Shown: piece after piece, positions 50,053 through 60,663 of the stretch | Layout of the letters: each line of letters starts with the position of its first letter | How positions within the stretch are numbered: position 1 is the first letter of the stretch | From: an uncultured bacterium | Lineage (GTDB): Bacteria > Eisenbacteria > RBG-16-71-46 > CAIMUX01 > WJJG01 | Direction: 5' to 3' | NCBI GenBank assembly: GCA_964585945.1 | Contig: CAZPGB010000028.1 | Coordinates: 8,736 to 72,735 of the forward strand | Length of the DNA: 64,000 bases | Position numbers and translations under genes: made by a program | Notes under the pieces: generated by a model | The model's input: only the letters and a program-made list of their open reading frames with translations | The model's database searches: none | What the model was told of the DNA's origin: nothing

Positions 50053-50664
50053 TTAGGCGGACCTGGTCTCGCAGGCGGTCGACTCGGGCCGCGCCGAGCG
50101 GTCGGCGTCGGGCTCAGCCGAGCGGTCGGCGTCGGGCTCCGGCTCGGGGCCTGATGCTTCCGCGGAGGCGCCGCCTTCGGCGGCGCGCTGCATCATTGCC
50201 ATGTCGCTGGCCGAGAGTACCTTGTCGATGTCGAGGATGATCAGGAAGTGATCGCCCCGCTTGCCCATGCCCTGGATGAAATCGGTGTTGAGCTTCGTGC
50301 CGAGGCGCGGCGGGGGAGAGGTCTGCGCCGGATCGATCTCGACCACCTCCTGGACCGAGTCGGCGAGGGCTCCGACGTGCATGCTCTCGCCGTCGAGCTC
50401 CACCTCCGCGATCACGATGCAGGTGTCGACCGAGCGCTTGATCCCGGTCATCCCCAGGGTCATGCGCAGGTCGATGATCGGCACGACGTTGCCGCGCAGG
50501 TTGATCACCCCCCGCATGAAGGCCGGGGAGCGGGGGATCTTGGTGATGTCGGTGTAGTCCAGCACCTCACGCACCTTGCCGATCTCGAGGGCGAACTGCT
50601 CGTCACCCAGCGTGAAGGTGAGGTACTGGTTCGAGTCGGTCATCGAATTCTCAGACATCTGCAC
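50053..50664 (-). CDS. cheW: chemotaxis coupling protein CheW
   Basis: QYLTFTLGDEQFA, GVINLRGNVVPIIDL, ADSVQEV; the C-terminal tail contains a 24-bp tandem repeat (EPDADRSA x2). Confidence 0.95.
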   Translation of the reverse strand: MQMSENSMTDSNQYLTFTLGDEQFALEIGKVREVLDYTDITKIPRSPAFMRGVINLRGNVVPIIDLRMTLGMTGIKRSVDTCIVIAEVELDGESMHVGALADSVQEVVEIDPAQTSPPPRLGTKLNTDFIQGMGKRGDHFLIILDIDKVLSASDMAMMQRAAEGGASAEASGPEPEPDADRSAEPDADRSARPESTACETRSA

Positions 50665-50675
50665 GTCTCCTTCCC

Positions 50676-53399
50676 CTAGGACGCCCGCTCGAATTCGCGG
50701 TCATCGACATCCTCCTGCCCGGAGGACAGGTCCAGCGTGACGCCCGCATCGTGCGACCGGTCGTTCCCGTTGCCCTTCGTCGCGCTGCGGGTCCCCTGCT
50801 TCGGGGAATGGGCAGGAGGGGTACGGCGGTTGGCCGCGCTCTGGCCGGACTTCAGGAGTCCGGATTCGTAGGCGGCCTCCTGCAGTTTGAAGAAGCGGGC
50901 GGTCTCCTGCAGCATGTCGGCCTGGCCGGCGAGCTGCTCGGAGGAGGCGGCCATCTGCTCGGTGCCGCTGGCGTTGGTCTGGATGACCGTGTCGAGCTGC
51001 TGCACCGCCTTGGTCACCTGGGCGATGCCGTCGGCCTGCTCGGTGCTGGACGCGTTGATCTCCTGCACGAGCTGGGCCGTGCGCTGGACGCCCGGGACGA
51101 TCTCCGCCAGCAGGCGCCCCGCCCGCTCGGAGACCTCCACGCTGTCGGTGGAAAGGGTGCTGATCTCCTTGGCGGCGCTCTGGCTGCGCTCGGCGAGCTT
51201 GCGCACCTCCGCGGCCACCACGGCGAAACCCTTACCGTGCTCACCCGCGCGGGCCGCCTCGATCGCCGCATTGAGCGCCAGCATGTTGGTCGACCGGGCG
51301 ATCTCCTCGATGATGCTGATCTTCTCGGCGATGCTCTTCATCGCCTGGACCGTCTCGGTCACGGCCTGCCCGCCCTCACCGGCGTCCGCAGCGGCCTTCT
51401 CGGCGATGGACGCCGTCTGCTGGGCGTTCTCGGCGTTCTGGTTGACCGAGCTGCTCATCTCCTCCATCGAGCTGGAGATCTCCTCGATGCTGGAGGCCTG
51501 CTCCGAGGCGCCCTGGGCCATCTTCTGCGCGGCCTTGCTGATCTCCCCGCTGCCCGAGGCTACCTGGCCGCCCGCCGTGGTGACATCGACCGCGAACCGC
51601 GACAGGTTCTTAATCATCATGTTCACGTTGTTCTTGATCTCGTTGAAGTCGCCCTTGTAGGCGTCGGTGATCTTGGGCGGGATGTCGCCCTTGGAGATGC
51701 GGTCGACATACTCGGCTGTCACGTTGATGGGACCGACGAAGGCCTCGATGAGGTCGTTGACGCCGCTCAGGACGTCACGGAAGCCTTTGATGGTGTACTT
51801 GCTGGGGTCGCCGCGCCGATCGAGCTCGCCGTTCACCACGGCGCTGGCGAGCCGGGCCACCTCGGTGACCGCCTGGTTCTCTTCGGAGATCTCGGTCACG
51901 AACTCGAGGCCTCCGATGACGTTGCCGTCCCCGTCCTTCAGCGGCGCGGCGGTGTAGCGGATCGGCAGGTCGCCGGAGGAGAGCTTGGCGATGGTGTCTC
52001 CAGTGAACTGACCGTCGTTGTCGATCGCCTGGCGCACGCGGCACTCGGCCGTGTTGCAGTGGCCGGTGTTGAAGACGCTGGCGCATTTGGCGCCGATGAG
52101 CTCCTCGGGGCGCTTCCCGGCCGCGGCTGCGCCCGCCTCGTTCATGAAGATGATGTTGAGGTTGCGGTCGACCGCCATGACCGGTGTGGGGATTCGATTC
52201 AGATAGGCCACCTTCTGATCCGCATCGGCCATCGCGCGCTTGAGCTCGGTCTGGTCGGTGACGATCTCCAGGGCCCCGATGATCTTGCCCGCCCGGTCCT
52301 TGACCGGCGCGCCCGTGTAGCTGATCTCCAGATCGGCGCCCTGGGGGTGGGCATCGGTCTCGCCGTTCGCCGACTGCCCCGTGTGCATCGCCTGATTGCA
52401 CGCGCAGCGGGCCGTGCGGCAGTCGCTGGTCTTGAAGTGGTCGTAGCACTTCTCGCCGACGAGCTGATCGGGTCGCATGCCCAGCACCGTGGCGCCGCTC
52501 TCGTTCATGTACTGGATGGTGAAATCTTTGTCGATGATCATGGCCGGGGTGGGAATGGCGTCCAGATGCCCCACCAGGGCGTCCACGGTCTGGTTGATCC
52601 CCTCGAGCGTGGCGGCATAGGCGCCTTGGACCCCCGTCGTGTCGGCGCGTCGGTCAAGCCGTCCCTCCACGGCGGCGTCGGTGAGCGCCGCGGCCTGCCG
52701 CACCAACGCGTCGATCGAATCGATGCACTGATTGAGGTTGTTCTTGATCTCGTTGAAATCGCCCCGGTAGTCGTCGGTGATCTTGTCGGGCAGATCTCCC
52801 TTGGAGATGCGGTCGATGTACTCGGCCGAGACGTTGAACGGCCGCATGAACGCGTCAACCAACTGATTGACGCCCTGAACGATCTCCCGGTAGTTTCCAT
52901 CCAGCTTCTCAGCGTCGGCCCGCGTGTCGAGCTTGCCCTGCATGATCGCGGTGGTGAGATCGCCGACGCTGCTGGTGACTTCCATCTCCTCCGAGATGTC
53001 CAGGACGTACTCGAGTCCGCCGATCACGTTGCCGGCCGCATCCTTTAGCGGCGCCCCGGTGTAGCGGATGGCCAGCTCGCCGGAAGGGAGCTTGGCCACG
53101 GTATCCGCCGTTGAGGCCTGCTGTTCTCGCATGGCCTTGGCCACGCGGCATTGATCGGTGCCGCAGTGCGGGGTGTTGAACAGGCTGGCGCAGGGGCGGC
53201 CGACGCACTCTTCGGGCGTGCAGCCGGCCGCGCGGGCCCCGGCGGCGTTCATGAACGTGACCTTCATCTCCGTGTCCACGGCCATGATCGGTGTGGGCAC
53301 GGCGTGGAGGAGATCCAGGGCGCCGGCGCCCTTCGTGCGTCGCCTAGACGTGGACGATGATTTCTTGGGCGTGCGGCCCTTCTTGCTTGCAGTGCTCAC
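50676..53399 (-). CDS. cytoplasmic methyl-accepting chemotaxis protein with three Cys-rich PAS domains and HAMP repeats
   Basis: No TM helix; three PAS repeats (PTP.M..D....I.FMN..GA); HAMP repeats [20 protein letters not shown]; signalling domain [26 protein letters not shown]. Confidence 0.93.
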   Translation of the reverse strand: MSTASKKGRTPKKSSSTSRRRTKGAGALDLLHAVPTPIMAVDTEMKVTFMNAAGARAAGCTPEECVGRPCASLFNTPHCGTDQCRVAKAMREQQASTADTVAKLPSGELAIRYTGAPLKDAAGNVIGGLEYVLDISEEMEVTSSVGDLTTAIMQGKLDTRADAEKLDGNYREIVQGVNQLVDAFMRPFNVSAEYIDRISKGDLPDKITDDYRGDFNEIKNNLNQCIDSIDALVRQAAALTDAAVEGRLDRRADTTGVQGAYAATLEGINQTVDALVGHLDAIPTPAMIIDKDFTIQYMNESGATVLGMRPDQLVGEKCYDHFKTSDCRTARCACNQAMHTGQSANGETDAHPQGADLEISYTGAPVKDRAGKIIGALEIVTDQTELKRAMADADQKVAYLNRIPTPVMAVDRNLNIIFMNEAGAAAAGKRPEELIGAKCASVFNTGHCNTAECRVRQAIDNDGQFTGDTIAKLSSGDLPIRYTAAPLKDGDGNVIGGLEFVTEISEENQAVTEVARLASAVVNGELDRRGDPSKYTIKGFRDVLSGVNDLIEAFVGPINVTAEYVDRISKGDIPPKITDAYKGDFNEIKNNVNMMIKNLSRFAVDVTTAGGQVASGSGEISKAAQKMAQGASEQASSIEEISSSMEEMSSSVNQNAENAQQTASIAEKAAADAGEGGQAVTETVQAMKSIAEKISIIEEIARSTNMLALNAAIEAARAGEHGKGFAVVAAEVRKLAERSQSAAKEISTLSTDSVEVSERAGRLLAEIVPGVQRTAQLVQEINASSTEQADGIAQVTKAVQQLDTVIQTNASGTEQMAASSEQLAGQADMLQETARFFKLQEAAYESGLLKSGQSAANRRTPPAHSPKQGTRSATKGNGNDRSHDAGVTLDLSSGQEDVDDREFERAS

Positions 53400-53424
53400 G
53401 GCTCCATCCTTTCACGTGCGCAGC

Positions 53425-54192
53425 TCACGCTGTTCGGCTGGGCGCTCGCGCGCCGGCAGCCGTCCCCCTACGATCGCCCCAGGCGTGCTGGGCCTTGGGG
53501 AGCACCCGCCACGGCCCGGAGGCGCCCCCGCTACACAAACCCTGTTCCGTCTCCTCCCGGACCGACGGAACGGTGGATTGCAGGATGCTCTCGCGCTTGC
53601 GATACAACTGAACGTGGTCGGCCAGCCGCGCGAAGCGGTTGGCGAGCGGCGGCGGAACCGGCTGGGTCTGCTCCAAGAGGAGGAAGCCGCCTGGGGCCAG
53701 GGCCTCGTGGAACATCCGCACCACCGCCACGCGCTCCTCGACGCGAAAGTGCAGCAAGACGTTCTTGCAGACGATCACGTCGAAATCCAGCCGGGGCGGC
53801 TCGAGCGACAGGAGATCGTGCTTCTGAAACTGGACGCGGTTGCGAAGCTCCCCCTTCACGCGCACCGCACCCGACGGGTCCTCAGGAACGAAATAGCGCC
53901 GCAGGAGACTTCCCGGGATGCGCCCGACCTCCTCGTGGGTGAAGCGACCGGTGCGGATTCTATCTCCGAAGGTGTTGGAATGATCGATGTCGGTGGCGTG
54001 AATGCGCACATTGCGAAAGATCATCGGGCCCATGCCCTCCCGCAAGGCGATGGCGAGGGAATAGGGCTCCTGGCCGCTGGCGCAGCCGGCGTCCCAGATG
54101 CGGATGAAGCGACGGCCCCGCAGGCTGGGCACGACCAGGTCCCGCACCGCCTCGAGGCCCTGTCTGTCGCGAAAGAAGAACGTAAACGCCAT
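53425..54192 (-). CDS. short CheR-type SAM-dependent methyltransferase lacking the N-terminal domain
   Basis: Starts MAFTFFFRD; WDAGCASGQEPYSLA, ATDID, IVCKNVLLHF. Confidence 0.85.
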   Translation of the reverse strand: MAFTFFFRDRQGLEAVRDLVVPSLRGRRFIRIWDAGCASGQEPYSLAIALREGMGPMIFRNVRIHATDIDHSNTFGDRIRTGRFTHEEVGRIPGSLLRRYFVPEDPSGAVRVKGELRNRVQFQKHDLLSLEPPRLDFDVIVCKNVLLHFRVEERVAVVRMFHEALAPGGFLLLEQTQPVPPPLANRFARLADHVQLYRKRESILQSTVPSVREETEQGLCSGGASGPWRVLPKAQHAWGDRRGTAAGARAPSRTA

Positions 54193-54350
54193 GGCTTTGG
54201 CCCTTCGCGATCGGTGGTCCAGGTGGTCGATTGGCGAGTCTTCGCCAAGGAACGACACTTGTCTGCTGCAATGCAAACGCCTGAAACATCACTGTTGTTG
54301 AGTGTCGGGCTGGAGCGAGGCTGGGTGTCACGCAGGTGTGCTTGCCTGTA

Positions 54351-54377
54351 TCATCGGTCGCGAAAGAAGTTGCTTTA
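54351..54377 (-). promoter_or_regulatory. putative sigma28 (FliA) promoter upstream of the short cheR and PAS-MCP
   Basis: Minus strand TAAA-N15-ACCGATGA versus consensus TAAA-N15-GCCGATAA. Confidence 0.6.
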
Positions 54378-54487
54378 GCAGGAACGCTGTGGCGACAGTG
54401 CACGGGGGGCGTTGTACAAGATCAACCATGCGGCGGCGGGGGGGGAGCCGGAAGGCTCGTTGCGATGGGCGGTGGCGGGTGCGGGAA

Positions 54488-56593
54488 TCAAGCGCTGGTG
54501 CAATGGGTTGCGGCGATCTCCTGTGAGCGAGCCTGACGTACTAGGCCGGGCACGTCGAGGATGAGCGCCACCCGGCCGTCGCCCATGATGGTCGCCCCGG
54601 AAACGCAGTCGCTATCGCGATACATGCGGCCCAGGGGCTTGATCACGGTCTGATGGTCCCCGAGGACACGGTCCACGATGAGGCCGACGCGGGCATCGCC
54701 GGCTTGTACAACGACGGTATCCTGGAGGGAGGGGGCTCCCGGGATGGCGAAGACGTCCCGCAGGCGGATGTAGGGCACGAGACCGCCGTCAATGGACAGT
54801 AGGGACCGTTGGGTGGAAAGCGCATGGCTGGCGGGGTCGAGCTCGAGGCACTTCTCGACCAGGCCGAGAGGCAGAACGAAGCGCTCGGGGCCGACTTCGA
54901 CGAGCAGCCCGTCGATGATCGCCAAGGTGAGGGGCAGGTAGAGCTCGACGGTGGTGCCCTGAGATGAGCGACTGTAGATTTCGATGGAGCCGCGCAGCGC
55001 CTCGATCTCCCGCTTGACGACGTCCATGCCGACACCGCGGCCGGAGACGTTGGTGACCCTGCGCGCGGTGGAAAATCCCGGGGCGAAGATGAGCTGGTAG
55101 GCCGCGTGCTCATCGATCTGTGCATCGGGTGCGAGGAGGCCGCGCTCGATAGCCTTACCGCGCAGGGCGTCGGCGTCGAGTCCGGCCCCGTCATCGGTCA
55201 CGCTGATGACGACATTGGTGCCGCGGTGCTCGGCGGACAACCGAATGCGCCCCCGGCGGGGCTTGCCGCGTTGCTCACGCGCCTCGGGCGGCTCGATCCC
55301 GTGGTCGATGCAGTTGCGAATGAGGTGCACGAGGGGGTCGCCGAGCCGGTCGAGCACGGTCTTGTCCAGCTCGGTCTCCGCGCCGGAGGTCTCCAGGGCG
55401 ATCTCCTTGCCGAGCTCCGCGGAGAGATCGCGCACCAGGCGGCGAAAGCGTCCGAAGGTGGACCCGATCGGCATCATCCGTACGTTGAGCACCAGATCGC
55501 GCAGCTCACTGGTGAGGCGGCGGACCTCTTCCACGGGCGTGGTGAGGTCCACACTGTTCAACGTCACGGCCGTTTGGCTGAGCTGGGCCTGAACGATGAC
55601 GAGCTCGCCGACGAGGTTGATCAGCGTGTCGAGCTTGGCGGCGGGGACGCGGACGGTTTCCCGGTGGGCCAACGACACACGATCCCGCAGCACCTTTTGT
55701 TCGGCCAGGGCCGATTCCATCTTGTCGCGGGTCAGCTCGCCGGCGTCCAGCAGCATCTGCCCGAGGCGTTTCTGCTGACCGAGCGCTTGCTGGACGGCGT
55801 GGTGATCGATGTCGCCGCGATCGACAAGGATCTCGCCGAAACAGGGCACGGCGTCGCTGGAGGTCAGGTCCGCGTCGGAGCCGACTTCTTTGATCTCGAT
55901 CCGACAGCGGTCCTCCACGAAGATGAAAACACCGCGCACCGCGTCGGGGCCGGCGTCGCTGGTGAGGACGACGTCCCAGGCCAAGTAGCACATCTCGGGG
56001 TCGAGCTCGTCGATGTCGGGCACCGCCTCCAGATGGCAGTAGACGGCGCATTCGCCGAGCTCGCGCAGATCCTCGAGCAGCAGGGCGGGGTCCATCCCGA
56101 AGGCGAGGATGTCGCGGTGGGGCTGGATTCTCACCCGATAGGCGCGCATATGGCGCGCGGACGACGATGCGAAGCGGTCGGAGGTCGCCGCCGAGCCGCC
56201 GGGGCTGGTCTGGGCTCCCATGGCGCGCAGACGCGTGACGATCTGCTCGGTGCGTGCGGGGTCGATCGGGGGCCCGCCGGCGCTCTCCTCGAGCATCGCC
56301 CGCACCTGGTCGCGCGTGGCGAGGACGACATCGATCAGCTCCTTGGTCACGGCCGCCTCACCATCGCGCACGCGATCCAGCACCGTCTCGAGGTGGTGGG
56401 TGAGGGCGGCGATGTTCTCGAAGCCGAACATGGCGCCCGAGCCCTTGATGGTGTGGACGGCCCGGAAGAGATGGTTGATCGACTCGCGGTCGGCCGGGTG
56501 CTGCTCGAGATCGAGCACGGTCTGCTCCACCTCGGCCAGCAGCTCGGTCGCCTCGAGGAGGAATGTCTCGGCTGGATTCCCGGCGCTACTCAT
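54488..56593 (-). CDS. cheA: chemotaxis histidine kinase CheA
   Basis: Hpt FRAVHTIKGSG, LINLVGELVI, HLIRNCIDHGIE, DDGAG, GFSTA..SGRGVGMDVV, LPLTLAI, CheW-like C-terminus. Confidence 0.96.
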   Translation of the reverse strand: MSSAGNPAETFLLEATELLAEVEQTVLDLEQHPADRESINHLFRAVHTIKGSGAMFGFENIAALTHHLETVLDRVRDGEAAVTKELIDVVLATRDQVRAMLEESAGGPPIDPARTEQIVTRLRAMGAQTSPGGSAATSDRFASSSARHMRAYRVRIQPHRDILAFGMDPALLLEDLRELGECAVYCHLEAVPDIDELDPEMCYLAWDVVLTSDAGPDAVRGVFIFVEDRCRIEIKEVGSDADLTSSDAVPCFGEILVDRGDIDHHAVQQALGQQKRLGQMLLDAGELTRDKMESALAEQKVLRDRVSLAHRETVRVPAAKLDTLINLVGELVIVQAQLSQTAVTLNSVDLTTPVEEVRRLTSELRDLVLNVRMMPIGSTFGRFRRLVRDLSAELGKEIALETSGAETELDKTVLDRLGDPLVHLIRNCIDHGIEPPEAREQRGKPRRGRIRLSAEHRGTNVVISVTDDGAGLDADALRGKAIERGLLAPDAQIDEHAAYQLIFAPGFSTARRVTNVSGRGVGMDVVKREIEALRGSIEIYSRSSQGTTVELYLPLTLAIIDGLLVEVGPERFVLPLGLVEKCLELDPASHALSTQRSLLSIDGGLVPYIRLRDVFAIPGAPSLQDTVVVQAGDARVGLIVDRVLGDHQTVIKPLGRMYRDSDCVSGATIMGDGRVALILDVPGLVRQARSQEIAATHCTSA

Positions 56594-56622
56594 CGGCTCG
56601 TCCTCTCCCTGGGCGCCCGCGC

Positions 56623-56988
56623 TCAACGCAGCACCTTCTTGACCACGGCGAGAAGTTGATCGGGCTGGAACGGCTTCACGATCCACCCCGTCGCGCCGAC
56701 GGTCTTGCCCTGTTGCTTCTTCTCTTCCTGGGATTCGGTGGTCAGCATGAGGATGGGGATGAAGCGATACTTCTGCTGCGAACGGACCTGCTTGATCAGC
56801 TCGAAGCCATCGACCTTGGGCATGTTCAGGTCCGTGATCAGCATGTCGATCGGGGCGGTGGCGATCTTCGACAGCGCATCCTGGCCGTCGACGGCCTCGG
56901 CCACGTCGTAACCGGCCTGAGACAGCGTGAACGAGAGCATCTGGCGCATGCTGGCCGAATCGTCGGCGATCATGACCTTCTTAGACAT
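56623..56988 (-). CDS. cheY: chemotaxis response regulator CheY
   Basis: IADDSASMR, ITDLNMP, LTTES, GWIVKPF. Confidence 0.93.
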   Translation of the reverse strand: MSKKVMIADDSASMRQMLSFTLSQAGYDVAEAVDGQDALSKIATAPIDMLITDLNMPKVDGFELIKQVRSQQKYRFIPILMLTTESQEEKKQQGKTVGATGWIVKPFQPDQLLAVVKKVLR

Positions 56989-57307
56989 CGGAGGGCTCCT
57001 CGACCAGCCCCAGCGCGTCGGCACGTTGCACGCCGAGCCGCTCCAAGGCCTGTTGCAGGACACTGGATTGGGAGAAGATCCGAAACGGCGCGGGCGCACC
57101 TTCACGGGAACGGGTGGCGGCCACCAGAAGCTGGACGCCGGCGGTATCGATGTCGGTGACGCCGGAGAGGTCGAGCCCGAGCGCTCCATCGGCGCTCTCC
57201 CGCTCGGCGAGCAGCCGGCGGCAGACGTCGGCCACTTCGCCGACGACCAGGGCGCCCCCGAGAGAGATGCAGGGGCCGTCTTGGGTTTCCAATCGCTTCA
57301 GGTCCAT
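56981..57307 (-). CDS. STAS-domain protein (anti-anti-sigma-like) of the chemotaxis operon
   Basis: LDLSGVTDIDTAGVQLL. Confidence 0.85.
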   Translation of the reverse strand: MDLKRLETQDGPCISLGGALVVGEVADVCRRLLAERESADGALGLDLSGVTDIDTAGVQLLVAATRSREGAPAPFRIFSQSSVLQQALERLGVQRADALGLVEEPSDV

Positions 57308-57316
57308 GGCGCCTCC

Positions 57317-59158
57317 CTAGAAGAGCTCGACGTTGTCGCCCAGGTCGTCTGTGTCGTCCGCGGCGTCGTTCCGCGTCGCGGCGACGCCCGCGAGCGCCGG
57401 CACCTCCCGAGGCTCGGAGCGGTCGTCGGGCGCCACGGATCGCCCCGCCGTGCGGGCGGCGAGCTGTGCGTGGATGTCGCGCTCGCTCTTCATCGTGTAG
57501 GACCGGGCGTGGCGGGCCAGATCGGCCTCGGCCGCCAGTCCGCTCCCGTCGGCCCAGGGGTGCAGGGCTTCCACGAGCGATTCGATGCGCTCCAGGTGTC
57601 CCGACAGCGCTTCGCCCAGCTCCGGGAGGAAGCCCAGCATGGGCACGGCGGCCTCGACCCCGGTCCGAATGGTCCGGCTGCTGCGGGAAGCCGAAGCGGC
57701 ATGCTCGCGGAACGAGACACACGCACCACGGAAATCGTGCGCGCAGACGGCCAGATCCTCGGCGGCCGCGTGTTCGGTGCCTGCCCCCTGCAGCGCCCCG
57801 GCGCACAGATCGGCCCGCTGCATGCGTTGGGCCAGATCGCTGATGCCCTCGAGCTGCTCGACGACGCGGCAGACGAAATCGTCCGACTCGAGGGACAGGC
57901 CGGTCACCTCTTGCGAGATCACCTGCAGCGAACGGCCCTCGTTGCCGAGCCGCGCCGACTTGGAAATCGCGTTGAGCGCCTGGAGATTCATGGTCGCGCC
58001 CAGGTCGGCGATCTCCTCCAGGAGGTCGCGGAGCTGGGCGGCACTGCCGCTGGCGCGCACCGCGGCCTCTTGGATCTGGCGCCCCAGGGCCTGACCGTCG
58101 CGCAGCAACACCTCCAGGCGGCTCAGGCCCGCCACCAGGGCGTCGGTGGTCTGGACGCCGCCGACGTCCTGGCAATCGCTGTGGATGATGCTCGTCGCGC
58201 CATCGACGAGCAATTCACCCTCGCGGCTGAGGTTCTCCAGCGCTTCGAGGATCGTGCCGTGCGCTTGCCCGATCGTGGCAATCACCTGTTGCAGTTGCGC
58301 GGCCTGCAGGCACAGGACGCCGTGCGCCCGCGCCAGCGCCTGCTCGGCCACGGTCGGATCGCCGGCGTGGACGGCGGTCGCGCAGAGCTCCCGCGCCTGC
58401 GCCAGCGCCGCCACGACATGCTCGGTTTGCTGGCGGGTGATGTCGCGGAACTGAATGCTCATCACCACGGTGCCCACCAGCTCGGAGATTCGGCGCGAGT
58501 GCGCGGCTGTTCGCTGGAGCGCTTCCACCGCGCTGGAGACGATCTGGTCCAAGCGGGCCAGCGCGTCGTCCACCTCGCATTGGGCCTGTGCGGTCATGTC
58601 GCCGAGTCGCTGGCAGGCGGGGTGGTTGTCGATCAGCGTGGCCCGCTGGTCGTGGGCCGCCAGTTCGGTGGTTCCGGCGAGGCGGTTGGCAAGCGTCCTC
58701 ATCCGGACGGCCATGGCGCGCATGTCGGCCACGAAGCCCCGGAACGTCTCCGTGGCGACGGCGCTGCGCGAGCTCTCGATCGCAAAGCTGAGGGCGATCA
58801 TCCGCATCCGGCGGGCGGCCTTCTTGATGACCGGGAACTCCAGACTCAGCCGCCCGAGGTGGGCGACCAGCGTGGAGACGTCGTCCAGACAGCGAACCAC
58901 GTGACCGTGCTGCTGGCGCAGCTCGGCCAGCGAGGCCTGGGCCGTGCGGTCGATGCGGTTGAGCGCGGATCCCTCCGAGTCGCGACCCATGAGCCGCACC
59001 GCCTCACCGGTGTGGGTCGCCAGGGTCTGAGCCGCGGCCAGCAGATCCTGCAGGCGGGTCCCGACCGCCACGAAGTCGTCCTCGGCGCGGGTGTTGGTGG
59101 CATCCAGCCGATCGGCGGTGTCCGCCAGTTGAGTGATGACCGCTTCGATCTCCTGCAT
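57317..59158 (-). CDS. atypical soluble chemoreceptor-like coiled-coil protein
   Basis: Degenerate MCP hairpins (IALSFAIESSR; LQALNAISKSARLGNEGRSL), QFRDITRQQTEHV, C-terminal YTMKSERDIH..LGDNVELF pentapeptide. Confidence 0.75.
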   Translation of the reverse strand: MQEIEAVITQLADTADRLDATNTRAEDDFVAVGTRLQDLLAAAQTLATHTGEAVRLMGRDSEGSALNRIDRTAQASLAELRQQHGHVVRCLDDVSTLVAHLGRLSLEFPVIKKAARRMRMIALSFAIESSRSAVATETFRGFVADMRAMAVRMRTLANRLAGTTELAAHDQRATLIDNHPACQRLGDMTAQAQCEVDDALARLDQIVSSAVEALQRTAAHSRRISELVGTVVMSIQFRDITRQQTEHVVAALAQARELCATAVHAGDPTVAEQALARAHGVLCLQAAQLQQVIATIGQAHGTILEALENLSREGELLVDGATSIIHSDCQDVGGVQTTDALVAGLSRLEVLLRDGQALGRQIQEAAVRASGSAAQLRDLLEEIADLGATMNLQALNAISKSARLGNEGRSLQVISQEVTGLSLESDDFVCRVVEQLEGISDLAQRMQRADLCAGALQGAGTEHAAAEDLAVCAHDFRGACVSFREHAASASRSSRTIRTGVEAAVPMLGFLPELGEALSGHLERIESLVEALHPWADGSGLAAEADLARHARSYTMKSERDIHAQLAARTAGRSVAPDDRSEPREVPALAGVAATRNDAADDTDDLGDNVELF

Positions 59159-59320
59159 CGCGGTGGCCCTTGCCTGTCCTTCTCGTGCAGCGCATGCGTT
59201 TGTACAACGAGACATCAGGCTGATCCAGTCGGCTCGTGACGAAGCGCGATGAAACTGTCGGCTAGTGCACGATATGCCAGGGATGCGCGGCAGAGGTGTA
59301 CAAGCGTGCGTTCACACTCA

Positions 59321-59347
59321 GATTCGGCTGTCCGCCGGTTTGGTTTA
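59321..59347 (-). promoter_or_regulatory. putative sigma28 (FliA) promoter of the chemotaxis operon
   Basis: Minus strand TAAA-N15-GCCGAATC in an AT-richer intergenic stretch. Confidence 0.55.
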
Positions 59348-59427
59348 GCAAAATCGCCGCTTACACCTAATTCACTCGGTATTTCGATCTTGCAACGGCC
59401 GCGGCGCTTGGCAAGTGCTCGCCAATC

Positions 59428-59458
59428 GAGAAAGGCGCCCGCTCAGCGGCGGGCGCCT
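59428..59458 (-). terminator. putative intrinsic terminator after tdh
   Basis: 10-bp stem AGGCGCCCGC/GCGGGCGCCT followed on the minus strand by a short TTCT run. Confidence 0.45.
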
Positions 59459-59542
59459 CGGCCTCCAGGACCTCTCAAGCCGGCCCCTCGGGCTCGGATC
59501 CCAGCGCCGGCGGCGACGGATTCCGCGGGGGGCGGACACGTG

Positions 59543-60526
59543 TCAGTGGTAGAGCTTGCCCTCGGCGTGGCGCTTGCCCAACTTGGCGAGCATGTCTTTG
59601 GTCATCGCCGGAAGGTCGTATTCGGGCTCCCAGCCCCACTCGCGCCGCGCGGCCGAATCGTCCAGCGACTGCGGCCAGGAATCGGCGATCTGCTGGCGGA
59701 AATCCGGCTCGTAGGCGACCGTGAGCTCGGGGATGTGCTTTCTGATCTCCGCGGCCAGTTCCCCGGCCGAGAAGCTCATCGCGCCGACATTGAAGTCTCC
59801 ATGGTGCTCCAACCGGTCGAAATCGGCCTCCATCAGATCGATGGTGGCTTTGATGCAGTCGGGCATGTACATCATGGGGAGGCGCGTGTCCTCCTTGACA
59901 AAGCAGGTGAACTTCTTCTCCTCGATCGCCTTGTAGTAGATCTCGACGGCGTAGTCGGTCGTGCCGCCGCCGGGCAGGGTCTCGGCGGAGATGATCCCCG
60001 GATAGCGCAGGCCGCGCGCGTCGACGCCGTAGCGGTTCACGTAGTAGTCGCAGAGGAGCTCGCCGGTCACCTTGCTGACGCCGTACATGGTGGTGGGCTT
60101 GAGCACGGTGTCATTGGGAGTGTCGACCCGGGGGCACCCCGCCCCGAAGACTGCGATCGAGCTGGGGCAGAGCACCTGGGTCAGCTCCAGCTCGCGGGCC
60201 AGCTCGAGGGTGTTGATCAGACCGGTGACGTTGACATGCCAGGCGAGCTGGGGATTCTTCTCGCCGACGGCCGAGAGGATGGCCGCCATGTTGATGATGG
60301 TGTCGATCTCGTACTTCCGGATGACGTCGCGCATCTTCTCGGGGTCGGTCACATCGGCCCACTCGAAGGGCCCCGACTCCTTGAGCTCCTTCGACGGTTG
60401 GGTCTTGCGACCGCAGGCGATGACGTTGTCGGCTCCGTAGCGCTGCCGCAGCGCCAGCGTGAGCTCGGAGCCGATTTGGCCCACCGAGCCGGTGACCATG
60501 ATCTTCTCGATTCGCTTCTCAGCCAT
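59543..60526 (-). CDS. L-threonine 3-dehydrogenase (SDR/NAD-dependent epimerase type)
   Basis: VTGSVGQIGSEL, AAILSAVGE, PSSIAVFG, PTTMYGVSK, PGGGTTDYAV, LPMMYMPD, RQQIADSWP; adjacent to kbl. Confidence 0.9.
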   Translation of the reverse strand: MAEKRIEKIMVTGSVGQIGSELTLALRQRYGADNVIACGRKTQPSKELKESGPFEWADVTDPEKMRDVIRKYEIDTIINMAAILSAVGEKNPQLAWHVNVTGLINTLELARELELTQVLCPSSIAVFGAGCPRVDTPNDTVLKPTTMYGVSKVTGELLCDYYVNRYGVDARGLRYPGIISAETLPGGGTTDYAVEIYYKAIEEKKFTCFVKEDTRLPMMYMPDCIKATIDLMEADFDRLEHHGDFNVGAMSFSAGELAAEIRKHIPELTVAYEPDFRQQIADSWPQSLDDSAARREWGWEPEYDLPAMTKDMLAKLGKRHAEGKLYH

Positions 60527-60663
60527 CGCTCCCCCTTGGGTTCCGGTTTTCCGCTCCGCGGACTCTCTATGCGAGGGCGGGTCGTTTCCACGACCCGCCC
60601 CAGATCCTGCGATTTCCCAGCCCGACATCCGGATGCAGATCGCGCCGTGCGTGCCGCCGGACG

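Noticed and set aside
50092-50139. 24-bp tandem repeat in the cheW tail
   Set aside because: An in-frame duplication in a low-complexity C-terminal extension with no evident function.
59262-59280. Possible sigma54 promoter (TGGCA..TGCA) upstream of the chemotaxis cluster
   Set aside because: The GG-to-GC spacing is 8 nt rather than the required 10.
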